DNA from: Balanoglossus misakiensis
Taxonomy: Eukaryota; Animalia; Hemichordata
Direction: 5' to 3'
Assembly: GCA_040954595.2 (NCBI GenBank)
Contig: CM082593.2
Span: 4,295,434-4,359,433 of the forward strand
Length of the DNA: 64,000 nt
Shown here: positions 1 to 19,600 of the stretch, in pieces
How positions within the stretch are numbered: the stretch's first letter is position 1
Layout of the letters: every line of letters starts with the position of its first letter
The notes under the pieces: generated by a model
Seen by the model: only the letters and a program-made list of their open reading frames with translations
Told to the model about the DNA's origin: nothing
The model's database searches: none
Position numbers and translations under genes: made by a program

Positions 1-45
1 TGCTTTTGGTGCTACACTCACACATTTGATATGGTTATCTTACAG

Positions 46-6955
<6,910 letters not shown>

Positions 6956-9900
6956 AAGAACCCCACCAGCTCCCAGTGAGATATATTCTGCGGTGTCAAA
7001 AACATACAAGGGGAAGTCTTCCAGTGTTTGCGAAAAATTGACGGCAATTTGCTACTTATTCGGGTGTCCTCAAAGTCCAGGTGTTGTATTGTACAGAGCA
7101 CAGTCTAGTCAGCGTTCTAAAAGTTGCGTTTTCACAGGTAGAGTTTTCATCATATTATAGTGTACTGGGGAGTCATTTTGTATCGGTCGATGAAATTGTT
7201 GCCTTGGCTTGATGTCTGGAGAGTCAAGGACCCAGAGATGACATTCTGGCAATTGTGTCGACCTCCACTGTAGATCGCAAGTTGTCCTGTATAGATCAGT
7301 GTTTCAAACATATACACTCCCTCGGTCACCAATTATGTTGCCATGACATCGCTGGGTGCATGACATCTCTACATGGATATATTCAGGATGTGTGGGTTGT
7401 AGTATATATTGTTGTTATTTACATAATCTTGTGGGGAACAAACAACAACAAAACTTATTTTGTAGATTTGATGAGTTGTCACAATGAAGCAGGCTGTGTC
7501 AGTGAATATTTCATATTCTTTGTCAGCAGCTATGTAACTGAATATACTCTCTGTCAATTTTTGTAGTTCTACACCAATCAGAAGCTATCTTCTGAAGTCA
7601 TGGCTATAGTTGTAGTTTTACACCAATCAGAGGCTAGCTTCTCAAATCACTACATTTGTAATGTTACACCAATCACAGGCAGGCTTCTTAGTGTACATAC
7701 TCATTATCAGTGTGCTAATTGGTGGATTTATTCTGCATTATCCAAAATTATCAAGAGTATATCAGCAAAACAGCAAAGGCCAAAATATGTGAAATAAAAC
7801 ATTTAACCTATCATTTTGCAACAACATACTAATTTGCTCAAAAACTGTAATAGATTAAAATGCACGAAAATGAATACTTACTGTATAGAAATTCTTTATG
7901 CAAAGAAATTAAATTATTTTATTATTTATGTCAAGAAATAATGTAAGTGTATATTATGTTTGCACTATACTAGGAAGGTGTTATGTCATTTTGAAGAAAT
8001 CGGCATAAACGGTAAAAATAATCTGTTCTAGATCATACATAAAAGCTTTGTCCATTTGCTTTTGTGGATAACATAAATAGGAATATTCAGTTTGCTGGAC
8101 AATCTGACATTGTGCATTGCTTCAAAGAGAATCTGAGATGCCAGAAAGGTTGTTATGTTGCTATGTTGTAAAATGAAATCAGCTGAGTGCAAGTCATGTG
8201 TTTGTAAATTTTGAAGTTGCCAAACAGGTCATTCTTAAAGACTGCGATGTTTTGTTCAATCGTTTGAAAACAGGGTTCTATTAGTGTATGTCAAAATATT
8301 AAATTTTATTATGTTCTTTTCGTTTGATTTTGAGTTTGATTTAAGTTTTCTCAATTATTTTTTTCAACTTTGGTATCCTAGATTACTAATAATTTATACT
8401 TCAAATCTAATTTTAACAGAGTGTGGTTTCTTTTTTTGCTATGTGTGATTGACAGTTCTCATTATTAATTAATTAATTAGCCATAGTACCAGTACTTTAA
8501 GGTCAGTATTAAATATCCATATTAGTAACCAAACAACTCTTGAGCCACATCAACTTTAGATTCTGTTCATGGATTTTTGGGTGACCCTATCTTGTTATTC
8601 TTTTTTTTTTGAAGAACTGGGTATACTATTTTGATTTTGATAAAGTCATTTGGTTTGATACATTTGCACTGCCATATTATACTAGGTGATCTGCAATACA
8701 GAGGCACTCACTGAATTTTAGAATCCTGTCAGTATTTTAGAATTTCTGTGTATCTTAGATTTTTTTAGCCATGACAATTATCCTCGATTTTTTCATATTT
8801 ATTGGTTGTGAAAATCACACCACAAACGCTTTTGCAACCTGCTGAAGTCAATCCCAAGTATTTCCTCTGTGCTGCCAGTTACAATATAATCCATAGTTCA
8901 AGATTATCCCCAGTAAAAACGAAAACCCTTAAGAATACCCCATTCCTGATCAAAGCAACATTTGCATGGAAAAATGACACACATCGCTGGCCAATGATGT
9001 GTCCTAAACCTTCTACAATCCCTGTAGAATCTCATCTCCGCAAACCACTCCATCCAGATATGCTTGCATATGTACCAAAGAATGACTTGTATTTATTTGG
9101 TTGTTGCTTTTATACTGATTTTAAGTGCTACTAATTTCTTTTTATAGGTTACATTAAAGTTTATCTTTTGAAGTTTTCCTTTTATGGGGGAATATGGGGG
9201 AAGCACTTGGCATAGTTTCTAGGGGTTTAACAGTGCCCATGGTCCAACTTTGTTTTTTTTTTCTGTTTCACATATACATGTAGACCTGTGATAGAAAATG
9301 AAAATGTTTTGTAGATTTGTAACTTTTATATCTCTTGCAAAGCAATTGAGTGTACACTTGTCACTGCAGCGAATAATGCAAAAATGTAAGAAACTACAAC
9401 AGACGAAATCAGTAATTGTTATAGTAGTCAAGGTGTCTATATTATTTACATTTTTTGATGTAAAATTGTCTGATGAAATTTGTATATAACAACATATTAC
9501 AGAAATTGTGGTATAATGTATGCAGTGGTTCCGACGAGGGTGTGTTTGGAGGATTTTGTGGGAGGAGCAGGCCATTATTCTTGAGTATATATGAAACTGT
9601 TACATAGGGATGGGGTCAGTGTTGAATTTTAGATAGCCAAGTCTGGTTACTGTGGGCTGTGGGAATTGTCATCTCTAATACAGAGTCGTAGTTTATGTGC
9701 TGTTTAGGGGACATGGACAGGTCTGCTAAACAGGATCTTACATCAATCAGTTTTGAATATATCCGTAGCTGCACTATCAGCAAATAAGTGTTTAATACGC
9801 AGGAAGTAGCAAGCAGTCTTTCCAATACTTGATTTGATTAGTTTTAGCAGGTCAGGTTTCCTACTTGGAAATAAATGAAACTCTGTAGAGGGTTTAGTGC

Positions 9901-10182
9901 AGCCGTGGTCCGTGGTGCTGCAGATGTTAAGCTGGTACTTGTATATGTTTGGTAGGAAATGCCGTGTATGGCTGTCGAGCAAATATTTGGAACATTTAAA
10001 AAAATTCCATGTTGGCATGTAGATAACGCGTATGTGAATGGCTTGAGGCAAGAAAAATTGATATTTACTTGTTTATTATTGACTTAAATGTATATGTATC
10101 TATATAATACTTAATTCAATGTTTTATCTGTTGTAAAGTGTTTCTTGATGTATGCTATATATTATTGAAAGATGAAAATAAA
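6956..10182 (+). other. Probable long 3' UTR of WDFY3
   Basis: T-rich non-coding sequence follows the stop. AATAAA occurs at 7793-7798, near 9870 and at 10177-10182. The true end is uncertain. Confidence 0.5.
7561..7688. repeat. Three degenerate ~46-49 bp tandem units, each with ACACCAATCA
   Basis: ttgtagttctacaccaatcagaagctatcttct / ttgtagttttacaccaatcagaggctagcttct / ttgtaatgttacaccaatcacaggcaggcttct. Confidence 0.75.
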
Positions 10183-10518
10183 AGCTACCAAAATACAAGG
10201 AAAATAACAAAATGATGTGGTCGTCTATCTCGTTAAATACTGATCTGCTACGTGAATATGTATGGTGGATGGATGCATGTACGTTTTTTGTGAAAAATAA
10301 GGCAAATGTTGGAAAGCCACAATCAACATACACAAGACTTGCATTTCTGGTTACTTTTAATCAATAGAAAGAAAACAATATCACAGTATTTTTTTAAATG
10401 ATCAAAGATCCAATAAGGCACTCCGCCTAAACTATTTATCATGGGTCTTCATTTCTATTGGTAAAATATCAAACACAGTATGTATTAGTTAATGGAAAGT
10501 GGGCCTGTATTATTTGGC

Positions 10519-13500
10519 CTACTGTGGTGGGGTCCAACCATTCTGCGGTGGGCGCCAGTTGGGATCCCATCCCAGAGTCTCGTTGTTCTTCAGGTTCTCG
10601 GCGGACAACCAATCGGACAGCGGTTTGAAGTACTCCATCAGCGGCGCGGTCGACATGTCCCTTGTTCCCGTCAAAGCTTCCAGGGCGTCTTGCCAGTGTA
10701 GGCTTGCACCGAGTTTCAACATGTCACTGGAACATGGAAATTACCGTGGGTGAGTCTATAGGTCAATGGTCGCTTGGCAGAAGAGCTTTGTTTTCGTGGC
10801 CAGGTGTACCTCTGTTGCTTGCTTCATTTACATATAAGCGGTACCTCTGTTGCTTGCTTCATTTACATATAAGCGTGGCCATGTGTTTGAATTGATTAGT
10901 TTCGCCCATATATTAAAGCCACGCGTTGGCCACGAGACAGCACCAAAAATTTCGCTTGTGTGTGGATGGTCACACCAGTACTTACGCCAAAGCTGTACCG
11001 GCTGGCAAGGATTGATAAACATCGCAGAGATGAAGAGGAGTGGCTGGATAGACTCCGGCTTCTACACAAAGCGCGTGGTGGAACTGGAATTGCAGGATGT
11101 GGCTGATGAAATATCTGGATCAAGAATAATATCAATGAGCACGGTGAGTTTACCAGAACGCATACATATTTTCGACTGATTACCACACCACACCACACCA
11201 AGCAATTGTGAAGCTAAAAGGTGAAAGACTGCATTTTGCGACAGAGAAAGTTTACCGGAATTAACCCGAAAAGCTCTCCGCTTCTCAGACAAGACGAAAA
11301 GTAACAAATTCACCTGATGTATGGTACGTTGGCGGGGATGTGATACTTCGCACCGGGATCAAAATCATTGTCAAGATCACTGCGTCTAACCGGCTCAACT
11401 ATACCTTGGATTTCAGTCCTGAAAGAGTAACGACTCATTACTGCATTGACAAAAATGACCAGAAGTGGAAATACAACAATAAGACAAAGCGTACAGTTTT
11501 GTGAAAATATCAAGTCCAGCAGTGACACTGTTCGGGAACGCATACCTCAGCTCCCACCAGCGTGCGTTGTAGTTCTGCTCTGGTACACGTCCGTCAAACA
11601 CTTCCCATCGATAAAGATCCACAAGTAAACCGAACGGCAGGAAAGCCAGCTTTTGCAGCGCCATCGTCATCAGGAAATTCAAGTCGCTCTCTGTAGGATG
11701 TGAGATTTAAAATGTCAACTTTCAAAACGTCATTTGACCAACACTGGTATCCTATTGGTGATGTGAACTTTCTATAAATTTCGATCGCATATTTTGTAGT
11801 CCATGAAGCAAGAATGATGGGTGCCCATTAAATTAACTGGTCTTGAGCAGGTGTTGTCTGCAAGATTTGTATAATAGTCCTGGAAAGTCAATTTGAGGAT
11901 TCATCTACCGTCAATGTGAGGAAGACGACTTTTGTTCAACACACCAACCGTTTACCTGGGTCACTGCCGGTGTAATCTGGATATAACCCGACCTCGTAGA
12001 GATGTTCAGGAGTCTGTACGGACAGCGAGATCGTGTCGCCGACTGCCTCGTGGAAACCCGGATTAGCACCATCACGGTATTCAACAGGGAGAGGTGCATA
12101 TTGGAAGAAGTATTGGGTGTGTCCCATTTCGTGGTGGATTGTGATCAGATCATCGTGATTGATGTTTGTACACATCTTGATCCTACAGAAGAGGGCGGAA
12201 AATAATTATAAGTACATATCAGCAACAGCAAAACACCTGCACAAGAAAGTTTTGTGTTGTTATCGTGACTGGTACAGACGTCAACTCTCCTTGCAGATAG
12301 GGCCAACAAAAAGTATTCGTTTCTGCAGTAGATACATAAAACGTACAGAAATACTGAAAACATAGCAACAAGTACCAGCTGATGAAGCACATTCGTTACC
12401 TGAAATCCGCTTGATTGTAGAAATCCCAGGCAGACGCATGGCACGTGACATCTCTCCCATCGTCTGGCTTCACAAACATGGAATCATCCCAGAATGATTG
12501 CGGGGATGGAATCAATCCCATGGACACAAAGAAGTCTTCAGAGAGCCAGAACATGTCCAGTGCCGTGTAATTCTACAAATGGTAATTGTGGTCATCCATT
12601 TAGAGCGGTCAACGCAAAAAGTGAGGAGACCCATAAATTAGTTTTGGTGTTTGCTAAACAACCAAAACGCTACCTGGCTACATACATTGATGCTCTGCAG
12701 AAAGCATATAGCGAGATTAACTTACCTGCCTCACTAACTCGTCAGTGACATCAACTATTGGTTTCTCAGGGTATGGCATGACAAGATCGTCCAGGGCCAT
12801 CCAGTCTTGGGCCCACATGTTACCTGACATAGAAATACATTATCACAGCAACATCAAGACAGGCATAGGCACCACAAACTACATGGACACGAGAAGCGGC
12901 CGCTATGTTGGGAATCTTAGCGGCTGGGATGAAAATAACAGGACAGAATTTTCCCATACCACATGTTACAGGATGCATGTATGTGACTGCATATTGGTCA
13001 TCGGACTAAACGAAATACAAACACAAAATACAAACCAAGAACGTGAGCAGGAATGCCGCCTGTGTCGCTGATGTACTTGTCTCCATAGCGACTGATAAGT
13101 TTTCTTCTGACGAAGGCGTGCAGTTCTTGATACAGCGGCTTCACTTCTTCCCACAGTCTATACACTTCCGCTTCGAAGTCTGCCATCTCGTACCACGAAC
13201 GCCAGAATGCCCCCATATCAGGCTGATCTGAGGTATAGAGTAGAAAAAAAATTTCGATTGGCAATTTGTATATGACAAGCATGTGTACAATTGCTTGCCA
13301 TACCGTGATTTTTGAGTGTTGTTGTGTGAATTAACACACACCACATTTTCTCAAAAGTCATCGGTATACATACCGTTGAGGAGGGCAGCTTCGTTAGACA
13401 GTTCTACGTATCTTGGATACATCGGTCGCATCTCAGGTCCACACGTGTCTCGCCATCCTTCCCAGGCCCACAACAATTCATTGTAGTCAACGCTGGTGGA

Positions 13501-15552
13501 CAGTAAGTAGGACAAATCTGCAGGAGAATCATTTGCATCATTTTGACTAGAAATCCCAAACGATTATTTGGTATTTTGTGAACCTTGGCAGAACACCACC
13601 GTATGAAATACCCCCTACCATTCTCCACTAAAAGAAAATCTCAAAAATTCATACTCACCAGGGTCGAGAGGATAGCAAGCATTCGGATCGGGATCGCCTG
13701 GTTTATTACAAACTGTACCCGTGTTGTAAATAGTTGACATGTTTGATACGAGTTCATTGAACTGCAATAAAATTAAATAATCATGATCAAGTACAAGTAT
13801 TTTATATTATCCACGAAGAGGAGATATTCCCTTCTGTCTGCGTATTAGCGTAGGAATAACTGTTGTTGACACATAGTAAATATATTGAAATTGGTGGTTA
13901 CGCCAACACCAATTTCTACACTTGCCTCATTGAATTTGTCCTCCTCCAAGGCAGACGTACCGATGTAAATCAAGTTCTCCAATCGCCTGTTGGTGTCAAA
14001 GCTGAAAAGTGTGCGGTCGAAGACAAGGGCGCATGTTCGGGAATCTTTGTTGAAGTTGCCGTAAACAGTAGCAGCTTCCAACTGTGAACAGATAAAAAAG
14101 AACGTTCCACGCTCACTGGTCTTGCTCTCCGAAAATGGCTGGGGAGATTGTGGTCGAGCCAACCACCCGTGCGAGAGGACGATGGTTGCCCACGACTACA
14201 CAAGCACACGTTATGACCTGACACCTCACATTTCATAACACACACGTCGATCAAAATCCAGACGTGCAGACGATAAGAAGTTGCGTTTTATCAAAAAAAG
14301 CCCCTGCACTTGTGAGAATCCGACCACTTGTTTGTGGGGTTTATCATCCGACTGGTTCCTATTATCTATATCAGCCACAACCAATCCATATATTAGGATG
14401 TTAGTTTATCAATAGCGTCAATGACAGTTGGTATGGGTGTCATCATCGCAAAGAAGGAACATATTCCATATATGTGCAAGAAAATGCATACAAATAGTCG
14501 ATGCACTTATATGTCAGTGTAGGGTGTAATTTTGGACCAAAATAGTTACGGATATTATTTTAGAAGTACTTGTAAGAAAATTAACACCAGTTGCTGAATT
14601 TTGGGATTTGACGGAGTTTGACAGTTATGACGAGTATTAGGTGACCACGACCTTTTTGGATGAGACGATTTAACTTAGGTGTACGAGCAACAGATAACAA
14701 ACATTGAGAGACAACGCATGGTGTATCACAAATAGGTCGGTATGTGGGTACAGATTGAGGATAACCCTATGTAAGATAGTTTGTCCTGTGACCCAGAAAA
14801 CTAAAACCACACGTAACATCTCCACAAGCAATCGATTACGTGAACAAATGACGAACTCCCGTGAGAAAAAGATGATTGATGATGTATTGTTCGGAAAGTT
14901 AAAATCTTGGGAAAATTATGTACCTTGCTATTTGCTCGTTTAAGCCATATTCTGGCTTAAACGAGTCATTTCGGATACCGTAACGTCGAAACACTCTTAA
15001 CGGCCGTATGGGCTTGTCCACAAGTTGAAACCTGCCCGGCCTTCAGCTGAGCTGAGGCCTGATGCAATTCCGGTTTATTTTCATTTTTCTCGGTGATCGT
15101 GACATATTTTTTTTGAAAAACATTATACTTCTATACATACAGCATGAACACGTAGAAGATGTCATTTTTACCTACCAGATTTTATGCTACATCTACAAAC
15201 AGAAGATAAATAGAGATTTCCTGACTTGTAATGTAGTGGATTTTTCTAAGCAAGAACAACAGCCTAATCAACTTCATGACAGAAGACGGTGACCTTGACA
15301 ATTATTATGCTGAACTAAATATGTTACCATAGTTTGTTGGTTTTCCACCGTGATATTGGTCTCGTAGTCCCATGCCGCAAAGGCGTATCCCGAGAAGACC
15401 TCCTGAGCTTGAGGGTTGTAAGTGTTGTCCAGGTAGTCAATGGCGACCAGTTCGTCGGCGATGGAGTTGGGAGGCTCTAGACAAGTAATGGCCGCCTGAC
15501 AGACAACCAGGCACTGCAGGAGCGCGCACACGGCAACCACAACCGCTCTCAT
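10519..15552 (-). CDS. ACE: Angiotensin-converting enzyme-like peptidyl-dipeptidase (M2 family), single domain, secreted; downstream copy, 634 aa
   Basis: 12 exons: 15552-15328, 14081-13926, 13761-13659, 13517-13374, 13227-13036, 12823-12726, 12572-12400, 12182-11956, 11690-11546, 11418-11314, 11114-10986, 10726-10519 (TAG), totalling 1905 nt. Signal peptide [20 protein letters not shown]. Motifs [25 protein letters not shown] (12119-12133), [12 protein letters not shown] and [18 protein letters not shown]. There is no C-terminal hydrophobic segment. Confidence 0.95.
10806..10875. repeat. Perfect 35-bp tandem duplication in the last intron of the downstream ACE copy
   Basis: gtacctctgttgcttgcttcatttacatataagcg occurs twice (10806-10840, 10841-10875). 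Confidence 0.9.
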
Positions 15553-15603
15553 GGTGGTGGCTAGCGCAGAAATAACTTCAAAGCTAGTCGGTGTCAGAAA
15601 TGG

Positions 15604-15608
15604 TTATA
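15604..15608 (-). promoter_or_regulatory. Possible TATA-like element of the downstream ACE copy
   Basis: GATATAACC on the minus strand about 55 nt upstream of the ATG at 15552. This rests on position only. Confidence 0.3.
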
Positions 15609-15938
15609 TCCCAACCGCCACATGTTACGTTTCACAAGGTATACGTATCGACAAGAAGATAAAATCGTCGGTGTTTTGCAGCGATGTCGTGCATGGTTTA
15701 TCTACATCAAGCACTATCGAATTTCATCATTATATTGCAGGTAGCGCCAACCAGCAAAACTGATAATTTATTTTTTGGCCTGGAAATTGATAATTAGTTC
15801 AGACGTATTCAGCCTCGCTTGAACCAAAAATAGACATGATACAACAAAGCACGTCAGCTCACAGACAAATAAAGCCTTTTAGCAGTGGGTGTTCTCATTA
15901 ACACAACTTCAACGGACATAATGAATGTATACACATAA

Positions 15939-15944
15939 TTTAAT
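15939..15944 (-). terminator. Candidate polyadenylation signal (ATTAAA) of the upstream ACE copy
   Basis: ATTAAA on the minus strand is followed by GT-rich sequence. A second candidate AATAAA is at 15767-15772. Confidence 0.35.
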
Positions 15945-16658
15945 GCTTCACAAAAGTCTATGGACGTGACTATTATACAATTATTACATGTACCTGTAAA
16001 AAGTCGGAACTGAGTACGTATACAAAATGTCACTTTAACACTTCTATGAACTGACGAACATCACAAATACGTTGCAAGACGGTAAAAGGTCTCAGGATAG
16101 ACATTAAAATCATGTGAACCTCAAGACATTTCGTTAGCCATATTGTAGCTTTGAATTTCTACAAACACATAGTTCCAAGGTTGGTATAGGCAAATGAAAG
16201 GTACTAACATTCCTCTCAAAAAGACAAGGGCGTAGACAGACACTATTTTGTGCTTCTTTGCAGATGTTTTCCAACCTTTGTGAATCTCATGTGCGGAAAT
16301 TCATCCTTTAAGCCCAACGCGGTTCTGATGCAAGCGATTCGTTTGACTCAATAAAACCTTACGTCCGAAGTTCATTTCAAGACGTGTTTCAACAGCCAAA
16401 GTAATGTACAAGACTCGTATCAAAATTGACCAAATTTCTAGTATCAAATTGTTATCGACATTTACAAATATTTTATACATAACCAAAGTAAATTAACATT
16501 TCCAGTAGAATCACTGTTTCCGAACATCTCAGACGAATATCCCATATTTCATAGCCTACAAATCGCCCACATTAAATGTAAAAATGAGAAACCGTCCATA
16601 CTGTTACTAGAGTCAGCAGTAGCTTGAGTAACTTCGCACCTTACTTTCGTGTAGAAAG

Positions 16659-19600
16659 CTAGATTGTCGACAGATATATGACAATTATGGCGAAGAGGGA
16701 CAGCTTTGCACTCTGCTCAGAAGTAACTGTCAAGAAAGCAGAAAGTTAAGAAAGACATTTTGGATCTAATTCCTTCAGAGAAAACTGTTTGCACAAACTA
16801 GTACAAATTACAGTACACTTATGCAATTCTAATCATAACTTACTCGTTGCCGTATTTCTCAGTGATCGGGTGCCCTCTACCGTTATATATGACGGAGGAG
16901 GCGGCCGCCATGTTGGATCCCAGCCGAGAACGTCGCCATTTTGAATATTTTGTTGCTCCAGCCACTCGATCAAAGGCTGGAAGTATTCGATAAGGGGACC
17001 CGCATCCATCTGTCGCTCTCCAGTTATCGTTTCCATCGCGTCAGGCCATGGTTTACTCTTCCCAAGTTTCATCATATCGCTATAATTTCAAAATAGAAAT
17101 AAAAAGGGATATTTTTCATGATTTAGAGCAGAGTTTTCATGGGCATTTGTTGACAGATTTCCAAAGATGCATTTTCACTGTAAGAAAGTGTTTTAAAGAA
17201 AGTATTTTAAAAGATTGTCAATCGGTTTGAACTACAAGTCTTGGCACATAAAATGGCTGTAATTACCCGAATAGTTTTCCTGCGTCTTTTGACATGTGAA
17301 TGTCGCATTTGTGCAGCGGTTTTCCGTCGTCTAATTCTCCAGCTGCTGCACACAATGCTTTGTGGAACTGGAACTGAAGGATAAAACTGACGAAATACCT
17401 GCAAGGCAATTATAACCGTTTTAGAGTTCCAGCTTATCACATTGGGCCTTTGTTTACAGTCTACACCAACGTTCACCCATGCGATTCAGTTCTATAAGAT
17501 GGCGCAGACCAAACCTTGACGATAATGTTGTACTTTGGGAAATTAAATTGCAAGAAGCATTTCATTGTTGTCAAATCCGATCATGTTTTTTCCTGTTTTC
17601 TTTGTGTGATTTAGAATAAAATTTCTGTGATATGCCTTCAACGTTGAGGATTACCTCATGTACGGTTTGTTGTCAGGTATATGATGTTTTGCGCCGGGGT
17701 CGAAGAATTCTTCGGGTCTCTCAACAGGGGGCACCACTCCTTGGTACTCCATCCTGAGAAAAGACGACACATTTTCATGTCATATTCAGTGTCTTTTGTT
17801 TCTAATATACATCATAGCCACAGTAAATCTATAAAGTATATAGCGGGACTTCTGTTAATGGGTTGTGGGTTACTAGTGATTTTATTAACGTGTTTACCTT
17901 AATTCCCAAAATTTGGAGTTGTAATTCTCTGGGGTGATTTCTCCTGAGAACACACGCCATCGCCAGAGGTCAAGAAGAAGTCCATACGGCAAAAATGCAA
18001 TCTTTTCCAAAGCCATCTTCATTAAGAAATTTATTTCTCCCTCTAGTGTTAAAAAATGAAATGGTAAATTATCAGTAAAAAGGGCGATTACAACTCTTTC
18101 GCTGCCAAGGTCGAATTGAAATATCTGTGGGTCTCAGAAATCATAAACATGTGATAGAACGATCGAAGATCCATCCATCCATCCATCCATCTATCAAATA
18201 CTCGCAAGCACGATGGAGTATCGAGTCACCTACCCATGTTGTCAGTGATGTCATCATTGAGCCCAATAATATGTAAATGTTCTGGCGTCGACACAGACAA
18301 CGATATCACATCGCCCACAGCCTCGTGAAACCCGGGATTTGCACCGCCATTGTATATAAACGATTGATTTGCGTACTGCAGAAAATATTGAATGTGACCC
18401 ATTTCATGATGTATGGTTATAAAATCTCCCATGGTAACAGACGTACACATTTTCATCCTGGAAAAAATAATAACTTCTTTCAATTAACATATTGTATTAC
18501 CGAATAGAACAGACCAGACAAAAATATAAAACCGAGGAACTCGCTTCTATTTTCAACGTATGGTGTTATGTCAGATTTTTGATTGCTTTATGGAAACGTC
18601 AAAACTCCTAATCCTGTGCGTAGATGGATTAAAGCACTTTGTAACATCACCAACAATTCCATCCTGAAAAATACTCATCAAGAATAGAGTAGATTTCAAA
18701 AAAGCCTTACATTACCTAACATCGTTTCTTTTCAGCATATCAAAAGACGTTGGATGACAATCGACATCGCGGCCGTCAGTTGGTTTTTCAATCATCGAGT
18801 TATCCCAGAATTCCTGCGGTAATTCTATTAAGCCTAGATTTGTAAAGAATGACTCTGCCTCTTGAAACATCTTCAAAGGAGTGTAACCCTGAGAGAGAGG
18901 GGAAGAAAGCGGGATGGAGGGAGATTGAAAATTGATTTAGGTACCTCCATTTCAGTCGAGCATATGGGGAAAGACAGAAGCCGACTGATATAAATGCATG
19001 TATGACTACAGCTACTTATACACACAGCAAGTGTCAGCTAAAATTGCAAACAACTAATAGACCAGATGTAGTACCTTTTCTTGTAAAATTTCAGTGACGT
19101 CAACAAGTTGTTTGCCGGGAAATGGTTCTGCCAAGTCCAGTATATGAAACCACTGTAGAGCCCACATATTACCTGTAAAGAAATACGTCTCTGAAGTAAA
19201 TGGTGTTCTCACTTTCGGTGCATGGCAGATAAAAAGGAAATGACTTTCTCAAACCACCCGCTATTAACTTTCTGTACCACCTGGCGGTTCTTGAAGACAT
19301 TACCTAATAGGTGAGCTGGTATGGCACCCGTAGGGTTGACGTATTCCTCTCCATACACGTTAATTAATTTTCTTCTGACGTAAGCGTGCAAGTTTAAGTA
19401 CAGTGGCTGTAGCGTGTGGTATATCTCCAAGAGTTGTTCTTCCAAATCGTCGACTTCGTATTTCCACCTCCACTCTTCCCCAACGTCTGCAAATCCTGCA
19501 AAGTGAGAGATCGTCAGAAAAATGATAGTCCTCCCAACCATTCAATTCTCTGTCATCTTAAATTGTGTGGGGAGTCTTTCAGCCACACAAACACATAACA

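Noticed and set aside
16833-16844. C-terminal SKL (peroxisomal PTS1) on the unspliced ACE ORF
   Set aside because: It arises from reading through the donor A|GTAAGTTATGA. The protein has a signal peptide, so a PTS1 would not be seen by the cytosolic receptor.
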